Part shown: positions 35,800 to 47,685 of the stretch, piece after piece
How positions within the stretch are numbered: the first letter of the stretch is position 1
How the letters are laid out: each line of letters begins with the position of its first letter
Assembly (NCBI GenBank): GCA_010093995.1
Contig: ML992502.1
Location: 799,001-863,000 of the forward strand
Direction of reading: 5' to 3'
Length of the DNA: 64,000 nucleotides
DNA from: Elsinoe ampelina
Lineage: Eukaryota
The notes under the pieces: model-generated
What the model saw: only the letters and a program-made list of their open reading frames with translations
Told to the model about the DNA's origin: nothing
Databases searched by the model: none
Made by a program: the position numbers and the translations under genes

Positions 35800-38700
35800 T
35801 ATATCTACTTCTTATTAACTAGTAATATACTTAATCGAAGCTATTAAGTAAGCCCTTACCCTTAACAATAAAGGCTATAGAGACTTATATAGTCTCTTAG
35901 AGAATATTATAATAGGTAAAGGTATAGTTAGAAGAATATTTAGATCAATTTCTAATAGGAGAAGGTTAGAGAAGGAGGTACTTCTAGTAGCACTAGACAG
36001 TAATAACATTTAGTATACGTTTTAGCGTACAATAGAGCTCTTAGAGAGTAGCAATAGTTAAGCTACCTTCTATACTCTTGTCTATAAGATAAGTACCAAT
36101 TTTAGACGTTAGTAGGTATAGTTATACTTAAGATTATACAAGCCTAGAGGAGTATAGAATAGTACTAATACGCTTACCTTAAATAAATCCTTAGATTACT
36201 AATTACAATTATAAGTGCCTTTGCTCTCTAATCGACTAGACGATATACTATTAGTAGTTCGTAAGGATAGAGAGATATGTTCTATCTACTTAATTAGAGA
36301 TCTTCTACTTACACGTTATAAAGCTATAATTACTATATCTAAGAAGGATATAGATATTAAGTTCAATTAGCTAAGAGTAATATCAATTATAACGGACTAC
36401 TATATATATAATAAGTAAAGCAATGTTATAGGTTAGAAGGACAATAGAACGCTATATTTCGCTACAATAGAGAATACTATCTAGTTTAAGACTATTATCT
36501 TGTCTAAGATATTACATAGTTTACCTCTTTATATCCTAATAAGGCAATAAGATTAAGGAAAGCATCTAGCCGAAGCAAGTATAAAGGAGAATAGTCCGGT
36601 AGTAGACTAAGTCGAACTAAAAAGTAGTAGAGTAATCTACGCTAAGCCGTACCTACTACTAAACCTTAGAGTTTTAGTTCGTTTACTACGCTTTATCCTT
36701 CCTTGCCTTTTAACTAAATTGCCCTTTAGAATTACTTATCTATTCTTCTACTATTAATCTATCGGGTCTATTAGTATCTTTCGGCTAGGCTCCTAAGTAT
36801 AGATATTAATTGCACTAACCTTGTTTCTCTAGCGGCTAATATCTAGACTATAGAATTAAGTATATAGGCTTCTCTTATCTATTTAGGTATTAAAGCATAG
36901 TCTTCTAACAGTCTCCCTAACTAGCTAGAGGCTTAAATTAGAAGCTCTCTACTATATACGTATAGAGAAGAGTATAATTATATTAGTAGCTAGCAAAAGT
37001 AATATAGGACCTAGTAGCCTAAATAGCTTAATAGATAGTAACTCCTAGAGGAAGACATTGCACTTGTTTAGTAGGAAGTAGGCTAATTACAATTAATAGT
37101 AGAGAAGAACGTAAGCTTAATTAGACAACTCTAGCGAGAGAATAATATACTTAGAGAGTACATTAGTAAAGCTTTTTACGCGTTTAGCGTCGCCTCTATA
37201 GACCTTACTAGTAGAGTATTAAGGGGCTTATTTAAATTAAATAAGGGTATATAACGCTATACTAATAGTGCTACTCTACTATTACTATATATAGTTACTA
37301 ATAGCTAATTAACGCCTGCTCTCTATTGTAATATAATTAGTAGAAGATAAGCTACTCTATCTAGCATGTCTAATTCGGACACTCTAGACGGCGAGATAGT
37401 AAGCAATTAATACTTTTAGCACTTAGAAGATATACTACTCGGCAAAGGGGGGACTACTAATGTAATTAATAAGGGAGCTACTATATAAATTATACTACCT
37501 ATCTATATATATAATAGCTAGTTCCTATAGTCTTTCGAATTAGTATATAATTGCTTAGTCTAAGTTTAATCTATAATTTCTCTCTATGTATTTCTACTCT
37601 AATTGTTGCTTAACCTAATAACAAATACTATATTTAGTTTAAGTATTTAGTCTAAGTAAGTTTAAGTAGCTTTCTTTTTTAGTTTAGCTTCTAGCGATTA
37701 GCACTCCGCAAGTTAGACCTAGCTACAAGTCTAATTTAATACTCTTACTAGTTAAGATTACCTTAGGGTATAGGTAGATATAACTAATTCTAATTAGAAG
37801 AAAGTTATGCACTTTAAACACCTAACTAAGCTATTATCTAACTTAAACTAACGCTAAGTTACTACAACGTATATAAGATAACTATCTATCCCCTTTATAG
37901 TATATATTATTCCGGCTTACCTTACTAACTCTCTTATACCTATATATCTCTTTATTAGAACTATTATAAACTAAGATGTCTTAGGCACGTTAGCGCCTAC
38001 ATAGCTTAGACTATAAGACTAATAAGTATTCCGAAGATAATAATTTAAGTTATTTTAACTAGGATAAAGCAGAGTAAGGCTTTAGTATTAAGGGAGACTA
38101 AGCTAACTATATAGGCTATAAATACAATATTAAAGACAAAGAAGAAGGTATAAATTAGACATTACTACTCTTAATCTAAGTTTAAGAGAGCTATAACCTA
38201 ACAAGAATAGCCTAATATTAGCCTCTATGCTAGTTAAGATAGTAAAGCAGAGGCAATAGAACGTACTAAACTAGTATCTCGACATTTTCGAGGTAGTGTA
38301 TAATAATCTACGTATAAGTATAGCTATCGGAGTAGATTATAATACAATATTACTAATATTAGACAATTAATAGCTACTCCTATAGATTATATAGTACTAG
38401 CGCTTAGTCCGTAACTAGCTACTAGTACTTTATCTATAGAGGACTATAGGCAAATACCCTTCTATAGTTATAGCTAGTAAGGTAAGTTACGTAGCTAAAG
38501 CTAATTACTTATTAATATACATATAGCTTCGAGAGGCGCTCTACTATAGTTATAATAACATTATACAAATAGTAAGCGAGATACTCTACTACGAATAGCT
38601 AGCTAAGGGGCTAGAGGATAGCGAGCTACCGAATTAGGCACGTAGGCTACTAGAGGAAAGAAAGTACTAATATAAGGATGGCAATTTAGTACGCGCTAGA

Positions 38701-40150
38701 TGTACTTATTAATTAATTACTTACATATAGTAGCGTAAATGCTTTAGAAGTTCTTTAATATATAAAGCCTTCCGAGTAGCCTTTATTAGACATATAGGCT
38801 TAGCTATAACAGCTAGCACTCGCTATTACTTTAATAAACTAATACTCTTTCTTATTTTCTTCCTCCTAGCAACGATTTATATACTCTTAGTTAAGTAAGT
38901 AAACAGGGTTAAGTCCTACTTACCTAAGAGAATACTAGTATTTAAACGTATAGAACCTTTAGAACTTAATTATGTCCGACTAAGTATTTAGAATAACTTC
39001 CTAGCGTAGATTAGCCCGAGATAGGTTCTTATCCTTTGTTAGCTAAAACTTAGCTTTGCTAAGTGCATCGAGAGAAATAGACTTACTATCGTAGTAGTAG
39101 TGTTAAATATATCTCTTTATACTAATACTATAGAGGGACTATTAGATAGAGAGGATATAAGGGAAAGGTGTATATATACCTTCTCGTTTTAGTTTAGCTT
39201 ACCTAACTTTAAACTAACTTATAGAGAAGTTAGGTATATAATAATAAGCCTAATAGCGGGAGTAATAGCTATTATACGGCACTAGTATAAAATACTTCTA
39301 CCGAGCACCTTTTAAGAGGTAAGCTTAATTCTCCTATCGGCTTCTTAAGTTTAATACTAATAGATTAAGAAGAGCGTCTAATTAAGGCTAAACGCCCTAT
39401 TATAGCATATTAAGGTACTACTTAGTTTGCGTGTAGAAGCGAAGTACTAAATCGCTCTATAGCGACTCCTACGATAGAAGCATAGCCGGCGTAGATACCT
39501 AATATAGATAGTAACCTTATCGTGACTTTAACTACTACTAAACTAAGTTAGGTTATAGTTAGTACATATAAGGATTAATAGACTTAATAGTGACATTTAC
39601 CCGGGCTACTTAATTATATATATGCTATACTATCCTAAGACGAACAACTTAATAGCAATTTACTAGTAGTCGAGGCGTAGTAGAAGAATTTCTTAGGTAT
39701 ATAGACGTAGATAAACTTTTTGTCCTTTATATATAAGAAGTTTAGAGGCCTACTATGTAAACTAGTCTTATAGTACTAAATCGGCCTAAAGCATAGTAGT
39801 AGTATCTTAGACATTAAGAAGGACAGACATTTACTAGATAAAGATACTTTTATAGAACTAAGGAATAAGGATATAGGATTATAAGAAGATAGTATATATA
39901 TCGTTATTAAGAGTAGTATTAGGTAGAACGTAAAGTAATATATATATTCTAGCGACCTTATATAATTTTCTAGACGTAGTAGACGAATTACAAGGTCTAT
40001 ATAATATATAGACATATATAATATATACTACGAGGTAAGCTACGTAATAGAATATTTCTATAATTAATATTATTAAGCTTATAGAGTAGACATAAACTAA
40101 TTACTTTACGAACTAAGAAATGCTTAAACTAAGATAAGAGATACACGTAG
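35800..40150 (+). pseudogene. Two or more unidentified RIPed multi-exon gene relics
   Basis: Long codon-like stretches broken by RIP stops, with intron-like gtaag...ctaa..ag signals (e.g. ~39319-39363). No family recognised. Confidence 0.35.
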
Positions 40151-40339
40151 TACGCTATCTACTATTAGACTATCTCTATTTACTATGTATTAAGGGTTTT
40201 TAGATTTCTATAGGGAAAAACTATATTACTTCTAAGTAGGACCTAGAGGTAACTAGGGGATTGTATTAAACTAAGTTAAACTAAGTTAGTTACTTAGAAG
40301 TAGTCTAACGTAGCTCCCTAGCGTTAGGGATTTTATAAC

Positions 40340-43300
40340 GTTTATAGTTCTCCTACCTAGAATCTCCTCTACTATCTACTTATCTACTTCGTTAGCGAGA
40401 GATATACTCTCTTCTAGCTTCTTACTAGCTCTACCTGTCTATAGTTTAAGAAGAGATACGTAAAAGACATTATAGATGTAATACTAACTTAGTAAAGCTA
40501 GGCGATACGCCTATAATCTAATTATGTTAAGTATACGGAATAGGCTAAGGAATTATAGTTCTATCTTCTTCTTTAGTATAGGCAGCTATAAGTTCTTAGC
40601 CGAGAGTAGCACTAAGTTACCTACGCTATATACCCTTAGTATATACTTCCTATTATAGTACTTAGCCTAGTAGGTAGAAGCCTCTTTCTATTACTCTACT
40701 AGCTTCGTATATATATCTTATAAGTATTATACTAACTCTACTACTACTAGTACTCTTCCCTCTAAAGTCTCGTTCTAAGACTTAATAGCTATTACCTCTA
40801 ACTCTAGATAGTAGCTATATATTATTTAGAAGAGGCTTATACGTAGCGTAGTATAAATACTATTATTGCTTACAAATTCCGCTTGTACTAGACATTTAGC
40901 CTAGTTATTCTATAGCTCTATATAGTAGTACCTTAGGTACTATTCTAACGTCTAGTTTTACTACTTAGTTTAACTATCTATCTACGGGTAAAAGGCTATA
41001 CTAAGCCTGCGCTTTATATACGTTTCGTAATAGAATTCACTCTAGAACTAGCTAGTAAAGACCGATTCTTAATTGCTTACTATCTCTCTTAGGACACTAT
41101 AATAGCAAATAATATAGTTACGTAGGATCTCTACTAGCTTTATAGACGTGCACTTCTTAGTAGTAGAGACATATAGTAACATCTTAGTGTAATAGTCTAT
41201 AATTACTAGTACTATATTATAGACACTACTACCTTGCTTACTTAGTAGCAGGTTAGTAATAAAATCTATTATAATTTCTTACTATAGGTAGTCTAGTATC
41301 GGTAGCGTATATAGCTCGCTATAGGGGCGATAGTAGTACGCCTTATATTTCTAGCATACTTAGTATAACTATATATAGTTATTAACGTCTTTCCTTATAG
41401 TTGCCTAGAAGTACTTCTATAAGAGAAGTTTAAGTGTCTTATCCTTACTAAAGTAACTAGCCTATTCGCTATTATAGTATATATATAGTACCTACGCCTT
41501 AAGCGCGCTATTATTCAAAATAACTAGTAACTCTTTATAGAAGAGAAGATTATCTTATATATTCTATAGCGCTCTACTCTTGTCTCTACTACTCCTCGCT
41601 TGCGAATATAGCTTTATAATCTTAGGGTCTTATTCTTATAGTAGCTCTACTACTAACATTAGGTTAGTAGATAGATCTTTAAAGGGATTCTCCCTTGTAG
41701 TTACTATAACTATAACTCGCTAGGTTATTATAAGCCTCTAGAAGTTCTTAGAAGAGAAGTCGCTACTATATAGCGCATAGGCGGCCTAGGCCTGTCCTAG
41801 AGTAGCCTCGTATATAGCGTAGATATGTCTAATAAGTAGAGTAGCTTCCTTAACATCGGTAGTCTAGTCCTATATATAAAGCTTATTCTAAAGGGTAGAA
41901 AGGAGGTATAATACTTCTTACTCTTCCGCTATGTAGTTAGAGCGCCTTAAGAGCGTATTAGCTAGGTTCCTCGTGCCTAGCTAATACTCTATTATAAAGT
42001 TAAAAGTAGTAAGGAAGGTAGCCTAGTAAGCTTATTAGCTATTTAGCTATTTTAGCTTTATAAATCCTTAGAGATTGTTATAGTTAGTAAGTACTTAAAT
42101 TATATATAAGGCACCTTTAAGGTAGTATCGCTATTACTTAAATATATATACGATTACTAATAGCTCTTAGTTATGTGTCTTATAATTACACTTAGCTAGG
42201 ATAAACTTCCTCGACTAAAAGGCAATTAGGTGCTAAGTACTATCGAATAGCTAGGATAGAATTACTACTGCTATAAACTTTAATATATTACTTTTAATAT
42301 ATAGAGGTAGCGTAGAATTATAGTAGCGAAGGATAGAGATATACGTAAATATATCTCTAATATTCTTAAACGTCTACTATTTACTTATACCCTATATAAA
42401 AGAGCTATACTTACAACCTTTAACTAAGCCTTTAAGAAGGCTAGAGAGAAGAGTAATAATCTTAGAGTAGTGCTACACGAAGTAATAATAGAAGTTTATA
42501 AAGCTAGTAAACTACTAGACCTTATAATAACTCTTTAGCCTCGGCTAATTCTTAATTATAGTTACTCTACTAGAATCTATCGAGACGCCTATAGTAGAGA
42601 TAATATAGCTAAGGAATTCTACCTCCTTAGTAAAGAATTTACATTTCTTAAGGTTAGTATATAAAGTAAACTTCCGTAGCTTCGCTAGAATCTTATAAAT
42701 ATAATATATATAGTTCTCCCTTAAATTGCTATAGATAAGAATGTTATTAAGGTAGATAATATAGATAGTGTCGACTAGCCTACCTAGCGCCTTATTAATA
42801 TACGCTTAGAAGGTAGCTAGGGCGTTAGTTAATCTAAAAGGCATAACTAAGTACTTAAAATAGCTATAGTACGTACGTAACGTAGTCTTCTACTTGTCGC
42901 TACGCTTAATAAAGATCCTATAGTAGGCATTCTTTAGATCTAACTTCGAAAACTACTAGGCTTGTCTAAGCCGATTAAGCATCTTACTAATAAGTAGAAG
43001 TAGGTAGCGATTCTTAATAGTTACCTCGTTTAAGCTCTAATAATCTATATATAAGCGTAGACTACTGTCTTTCTTAGGCACGAATAGGATAGAAGCACTT
43101 ACCTTGCTTATAGAGCGCCTAATCTACCTATTTAATTAAGTAGTCTCGAGATAGTCCTTAAGCACTTTAAGCTCCTTAACTAAGAGATTATATAAGGGCT
43201 AGAATAGAGGCCTCTTACCTAGCTCTAGCTTAATTACATACTCTACGCCTAGTAGGCGTAGTAGGTTAGTAATGTTCTTATATATAAAGATATTAAAGAA

Positions 43301-45000
43301 CTCTACGAACTCTAGTAAAAGAGCTAGGTCGCCTATAGCGTAAGTGCTCTCCTTAGACGGAGTCTATACTATAGCGTATACTCTCGGCTTGTTTTTAAGG
43401 TCCTTTATAAAGTCTTCTAGTTCGCGTAAGTAAACTATATATAAGAAGTAGCTATATAACTAGTTATCCGTAGCTCTATTTATAATTATATATTATCTTC
43501 TCTGCTATAGGCGCCCTAAAATAACTAGAGGGCCTAGTTCTAAGTCTATAGCATAGAAGAGGCTAATTGTCTCCCTAAGGTTGCTATAGAAGTCTACTAG
43601 ACATATACGAAGATAGTGCACACTATAGTAGAATCTAGCTTACTCTATAAAGGAAGATATACTTAGATACTAAGTATACTTAACCCTTAGTAGATTATAA
43701 CGAAGAGTAAATACCTAAGATATAAGATTAACTTCTATATAATTGTCTATAAGGAACATATAGTCTTTGCGCTCTATAGGCGCTATAATAGTGCTATAAT
43801 AGAGTAGCGATAAGTAAGTATTAATTAGGAGAGGAGAAGGGCTTAGTTACGCTTATTAGCTAAGCTCTTAGAGTTTACTAGCTTAGAGTTGTTAGTCTTA
43901 TCTATAGTAGTAACCTAGTATACTACCTATAACTCTCTATCTTTCTATAAGTGCTTTAATCTATACTCTAGCTTAATATAACTAGTTTTACTATAGCTAT
44001 AGTACTTAGTATTCTTCTTTTACTTGTCGGAGGAACCCCTCTACCTGCTAAACTATTTAGTAGGTAAGTTAGTAGCTTTACGCTTATAGTAAGCTTAAGA
44101 GCCGTCGCTAGACTAGTAGTAGTGTCCTTCTCGAGAGCTACTATAACTACTATACTTACGTAGGTAGTTACTTTTATCTTTCTATATAGCGCGCTTACTA
44201 CTAGCATAGTTTATAGACTTAATACGTAAGCCTAAAGAGACTAACTCCTAGTATATAGCCGGAATAGTATAGTGTTTAATAATGGTAGTATATAGCGTAG
44301 GCTATAGCTTAGTAAGGAGGTAGCGTACTTTCTACTCTTTAGAGTAGAAAGCTAGTTACTTCTCTAGAGTAGCAAGTTCTAAAGTAAAGGCCTAGATAGA
44401 CTAGCCCTTACATTATTAGGCGCCCTTATATACGAGAGTTACGTGCACCTTATAGTTAATAGGATTATTAACTACGTCCTATATAAACTAGTAGAATTAC
44501 TCCTATATATAGCCTTCTAGGCTATCTACGTAGTAGTAGTAATACTATGTCTTATCTAGCTTACCTACGAGAAATATAACTCTATATAGCACCTTCTACT
44601 AATTAGTAGAGTAAGCCTTAGAGGCTAGAGCAAAGATAACCTCGAGATTCTTTAGGAAGGATCTTGCCTCTTTTAGAGTCTTACTCTAATAGGAGTAAGG
44701 TTCTCTTAGTTAAGGTTATCTAGAGGACAGCCTTATAAATAGTCTACTACTACTATATATGCTCTATATGCTAGTTTTACTTACTATAGGCTTAGTAGAA
44801 GTACGTAAGCTACAATTGAAACTCCTCTAGTAGTATTCTATGTCGTATATGTAATGTATTTACTTAATCTCTTTCTCGAGGCTCTAAGCCTTAAGCTCTA
44901 GCTCTAAACACTTATACTTAATACATAGGTATAGTAGCTACTCTATAAGAGTTTCTTCTTTCTCTAGGGAAGTCTACTTAATAGAGTCTATCTCTATAAC
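40340..45000 (-). pseudogene. Gypsy gag-pol relic (protease, RT, RNase H, integrase, start of chromodomain)
   Basis: De-RIPed VMPFGLTNAPATFQAYIN...IVYLDDILIYS (~42850-42725), RNase H and integrase segments, AYRLALP...IHDVFHVSLL (~40510-40445), then EWMVEEILGRR cut off at ~40340. Confidence 0.92.
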
Positions 45001-45091
45001 ATTGTTTATATAAGGCACTAGCGCCTTACTAATAGAGTTCTAGTTATCTATAGAGTCTAATAGATTATAACTATAGAGGAGTAATTAGAAC

Positions 45092-45278
45092 TATTAAAGC
45101 CTTATATTAAAGCTATATATATTATAATATAGAGAACACCTATCTAACTAAATAGTCTATTAGTAGTAGAACTAATTACTATTAAGTCTAAGGCGTAAGT
45201 GCTATATAAGATAAGTAGGTATATTACGTAAGCGGGACTAGCCGCTACTAAGTACTGCCCTAATACTAGGCTCTTATA
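45092..45278 (-). repeat. 5' LTR of the Gypsy element
   Basis: 187-bp direct repeat of 15017-15203, followed by TSD GCTAG. Confidence 0.92.
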
Positions 45279-46044
45279 GCTAGCTAGCTAGTAGCGCTAT
45301 CGAGGTTATAATTAAGGTGGTTAAAGGGGTAGTAGAGGTAGTAGATTAAGTGCTTTAAGAGGTAGTATAAATACGAGGTTTACTTACACACGTTTACTAA
45401 GACTAGCAAAAAGCTAGTTATCTATATATACAATTACAAGGGTAAGTGTAAAGAACTAGCCTTAATAAGCTAACCTTACTCTATTAGGCCATCGAGTCAG
45501 TCTAGCTAGTCAAAAGCGCCACCAAAAGACCGACTGTTAGTTATCGAAGAATACGCAAATCGGTCATCTATTACACCTTCCTAATCGAGCACAAAAAACC
45601 GGTCAAATTCGACGAAGGATACGGGCCCCCAATGTTGCAATCTCAATTTCAATTAAATGCAAGGCAACTGCTGTGCAACCCACTCGATACAAAATCAATT
45701 TCCACCCTATCATGGAATATGTTGCCAGCCAACGATGCACGGTAAACTCCTCATCTTCACATTAGGTCTGATCAAAGACCTCAGCTTCCTGGTCTGTTTG
45801 ACGCTTGTCCTGGTCTCAGCTATATCATCAAGATGGTCATCTTCATCCTTGACCCTCCCGCAGTGACATACCATGGGTACGAATTAATCACGATGATGGC
45901 CATCGGGTGGGTGGGAGATGACTGCATGATGACAGCACAGCAAAATATCTAAACAGCATCAAGAGCTGGCATTGATGCCCACTCCAACCAAAGATGAGCG
46001 TATCATTGAGGGTTCGCCACATCACCCACTCACGAGAGCTCAGC

Positions 46045-47685
46045 TCATCCTCTGAAAGGTCGATACCGTGCTGGGCGTTTGACCGCGGACATTCCGAAGA
46101 AATAGACGAAGGATGAACAACCAAGAACGATGATCAGCGCCACCACGAATACCCAAATCGATAACCGTCCTGTACCTAGCTCCTTGAAGTTCATCCCGAA
46201 CACGGTACAGGTAAATGTTAACGGAATGAACAGCGTTGCAAGCAACGTAAGTCGCTCCAATTGCACTGCGTTGCTCAAGCTCTTCTCTGATACCTGAAAG
46301 ACCGAATGATTAACAAGCTCGGATATGGCCTTCTCGCAAGAATGTATAAGCTCAAGGGTCCGTTGTTCAAGATGCTCGAGATCCTTGACCAGGAGCTGGT
46401 GTTGCCGGTAGCCCGTGTCATCACAATCGTTCAGGAGCTGATGGTGTCGGACACTCGCCCCGTCACGATCATTAGACTGGCCTTCGGACCACGAGCTATA
46501 ATCAGCAGAACACGCGACTGAAAGCAAAGTGGATCCTCGCCACGCAGACGATCCAATCACTTGCTTCAGGTATCTGAGGTTCTCGAGCGCATGACTGGGC
46601 GACTGGTAGGACTTGGCTTCCTCGTCTATCTGCCAAGCGAGCATGTTTAGGTATTGGTTCCTTGAGCCCAATACAAAGCGGAAGACATCAGCCAGAGCAT
46701 ACCAAGGATCTCGCTGCATGAGATTGCTGTCCAACCAGTGACCGTAGTCGAGCGGTAGGTGACGGATGTTCTGTGCGATTGACCATCTGCGATGATCGAC
46801 CAGATCGAACTGCTGAACAGCTGACAATTCATTGTAGGGCAGAAACCCGTGTCTCCCTATAATTGGGGTTGACTCGAGAAATTGCATCCTTTCCGGCGAG
46901 CCAAGGATCCATGGCCCATGCCTCGAACTCCCCAAATCGCGCCCGAGATCCAACCAGACCACGATCATGCTCCATCCGTTATCTTTGCACAGTGCGAGCG
47001 ATATTGTCTGTTCCAGCACGGCGTTGCACCCGCCCAGCACATGGAAGTCACGCACAAGTGAACCCCCAAGACTGGCTCTAGAGAGAATTGACTTGCGATA
47101 CGCGCTCATGGCTGAATCACTGGCCTCTCGAGTCCCAACGAGATCCTCACCACCTTTGGCTCGACCTTTGTCCTTCCGCGACAGTAGCGTTGCCACAGGT
47201 AAGTGCAAAATATTGGTAGCGGATGACGGCAGATCGGGACTATCGAACACATTGCTACCATCCTCGTTCCCTTGCATGAATGCGAGATGGCGCTGTATGA
47301 ATTCGGGATCTATCCGAAAGGTCGTTGCAAGCACGCACACCCACTCAGGGCTCGGGGCGCCCCTCAAGAAGAGCATGTAGGTCGTGCCTGACAGATCCAC
47401 GCTTCTGGCTTCGTCAACACCGGAAGCGACACCAAAATGTGTCACACGCCCAACCCCCTCCTTTTCGAGGTCGTACAAGACAGCAAACGAATGTTCGCTG
47501 CCCCCAGCCTCACCAGTGGTGGGGCGCAGGGGATTATCTTTTCCGCCGGCTACATACTGGGCCAGCGTCCTGTAATTATCACCAGGGTAGAGGTGTCTCG
47601 CACTTGTCCGTTTGGCATGAGCTTTCAGCAACTCTACAAATGCATCCGCAGTGCGTGGAATCTCAGGATTTGCAGCCGGTGCCAT
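46045..47685 (-). CDS. Fungal CorA-like (GMN motif, two C-terminal TM helices) protein
   Basis: LFLRGAPSPEW...IDPEFIQRHL N-terminal block, coiled-coil region, then RLTLLATLFIPLTFTCTVFGMNF plus a second TM helix. Intronless; first ATG at 47685. Confidence 0.8.
   Translation of the reverse strand: MAPAANPEIPRTADAFVELLKAHAKRTSARHLYPGDNYRTLAQYVAGGKDNPLRPTTGEAGGSEHSFAVLYDLEKEGVGRVTHFGVASGVDEARSVDLSGTTYMLFLRGAPSPEWVCVLATTFRIDPEFIQRHLAFMQGNEDGSNVFDSPDLPSSATNILHLPVATLLSRKDKGRAKGGEDLVGTREASDSAMSAYRKSILSRASLGGSLVRDFHVLGGCNAVLEQTISLALCKDNGWSMIVVWLDLGRDLGSSRHGPWILGSPERMQFLESTPIIGRHGFLPYNELSAVQQFDLVDHRRWSIAQNIRHLPLDYGHWLDSNLMQRDPWYALADVFRFVLGSRNQYLNMLAWQIDEEAKSYQSPSHALENLRYLKQVIGSSAWRGSTLLSVACSADYSSWSEGQSNDRDGASVRHHQLLNDCDDTGYRQHQLLVKDLEHLEQRTLELIHSCEKAISELVNHSVFQVSEKSLSNAVQLERLTLLATLFIPLTFTCTVFGMNFKELGTGRLSIWVFVVALIIVLGCSSFVYFFGMSAVKRPARYRPFRG

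Larger units (their letters stand above)
15017..45278 (-). mobile_element. Ty3/Gypsy chromovirus-type LTR retrotransposon interrupted by ~25 kb of nested elements
   Basis: Two 187-bp LTRs, 5-bp TSD GCTAG (15012-15016, 45279-45283), polypurine tract GAGGAGGAGG just before the 3' LTR on the minus strand, gag-pol relic at 40340-45000. Confidence 0.92.
12580..45480. other. AT-rich RIP-mutated block
   Basis: Abrupt compositional switch, strong excess of TpA and depletion of CpA/TpG, and coding relics full of TAA/TAG at Gln/Trp positions. Confidence 0.95.
12387..45628. mobile_element. PIF/Harbinger DNA transposon (~3 kb core: 12387-15016 + 45284-45628) enclosing nested insertions
   Basis: TIRs GGGGCCGTCTCCTTCG (12387-12402) and revcomp GGGCCCGTATCCTTCG (45613-45628), 14/16 identical. 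Flanked by CCA at 12384-12386 and 45629-45631. Contains transposase and Myb/SANT relics in convergent orientation. Confidence 0.85.

Noticed and set aside
37990..40150. Starship captain (DUF3435) or Crypton tyrosine recombinase
   Set aside because: Only a vague ...FLAWIGPR resemblance; I could not find the R-H-R-H-Y catalytic set, so no Starship is called.
21883..44207. Short Leu/Ile/Tyr/Ser-rich ORFs in the AT-rich block
   Set aside because: Chance frames in RIPed TE sequence, several antisense to the real relics.
12580..45480. Centromere
   Set aside because: AT-rich nested TEs are compatible with one, but nothing in the sequence distinguishes this from an ordinary RIP island; needs CenH3 ChIP or Hi-C.
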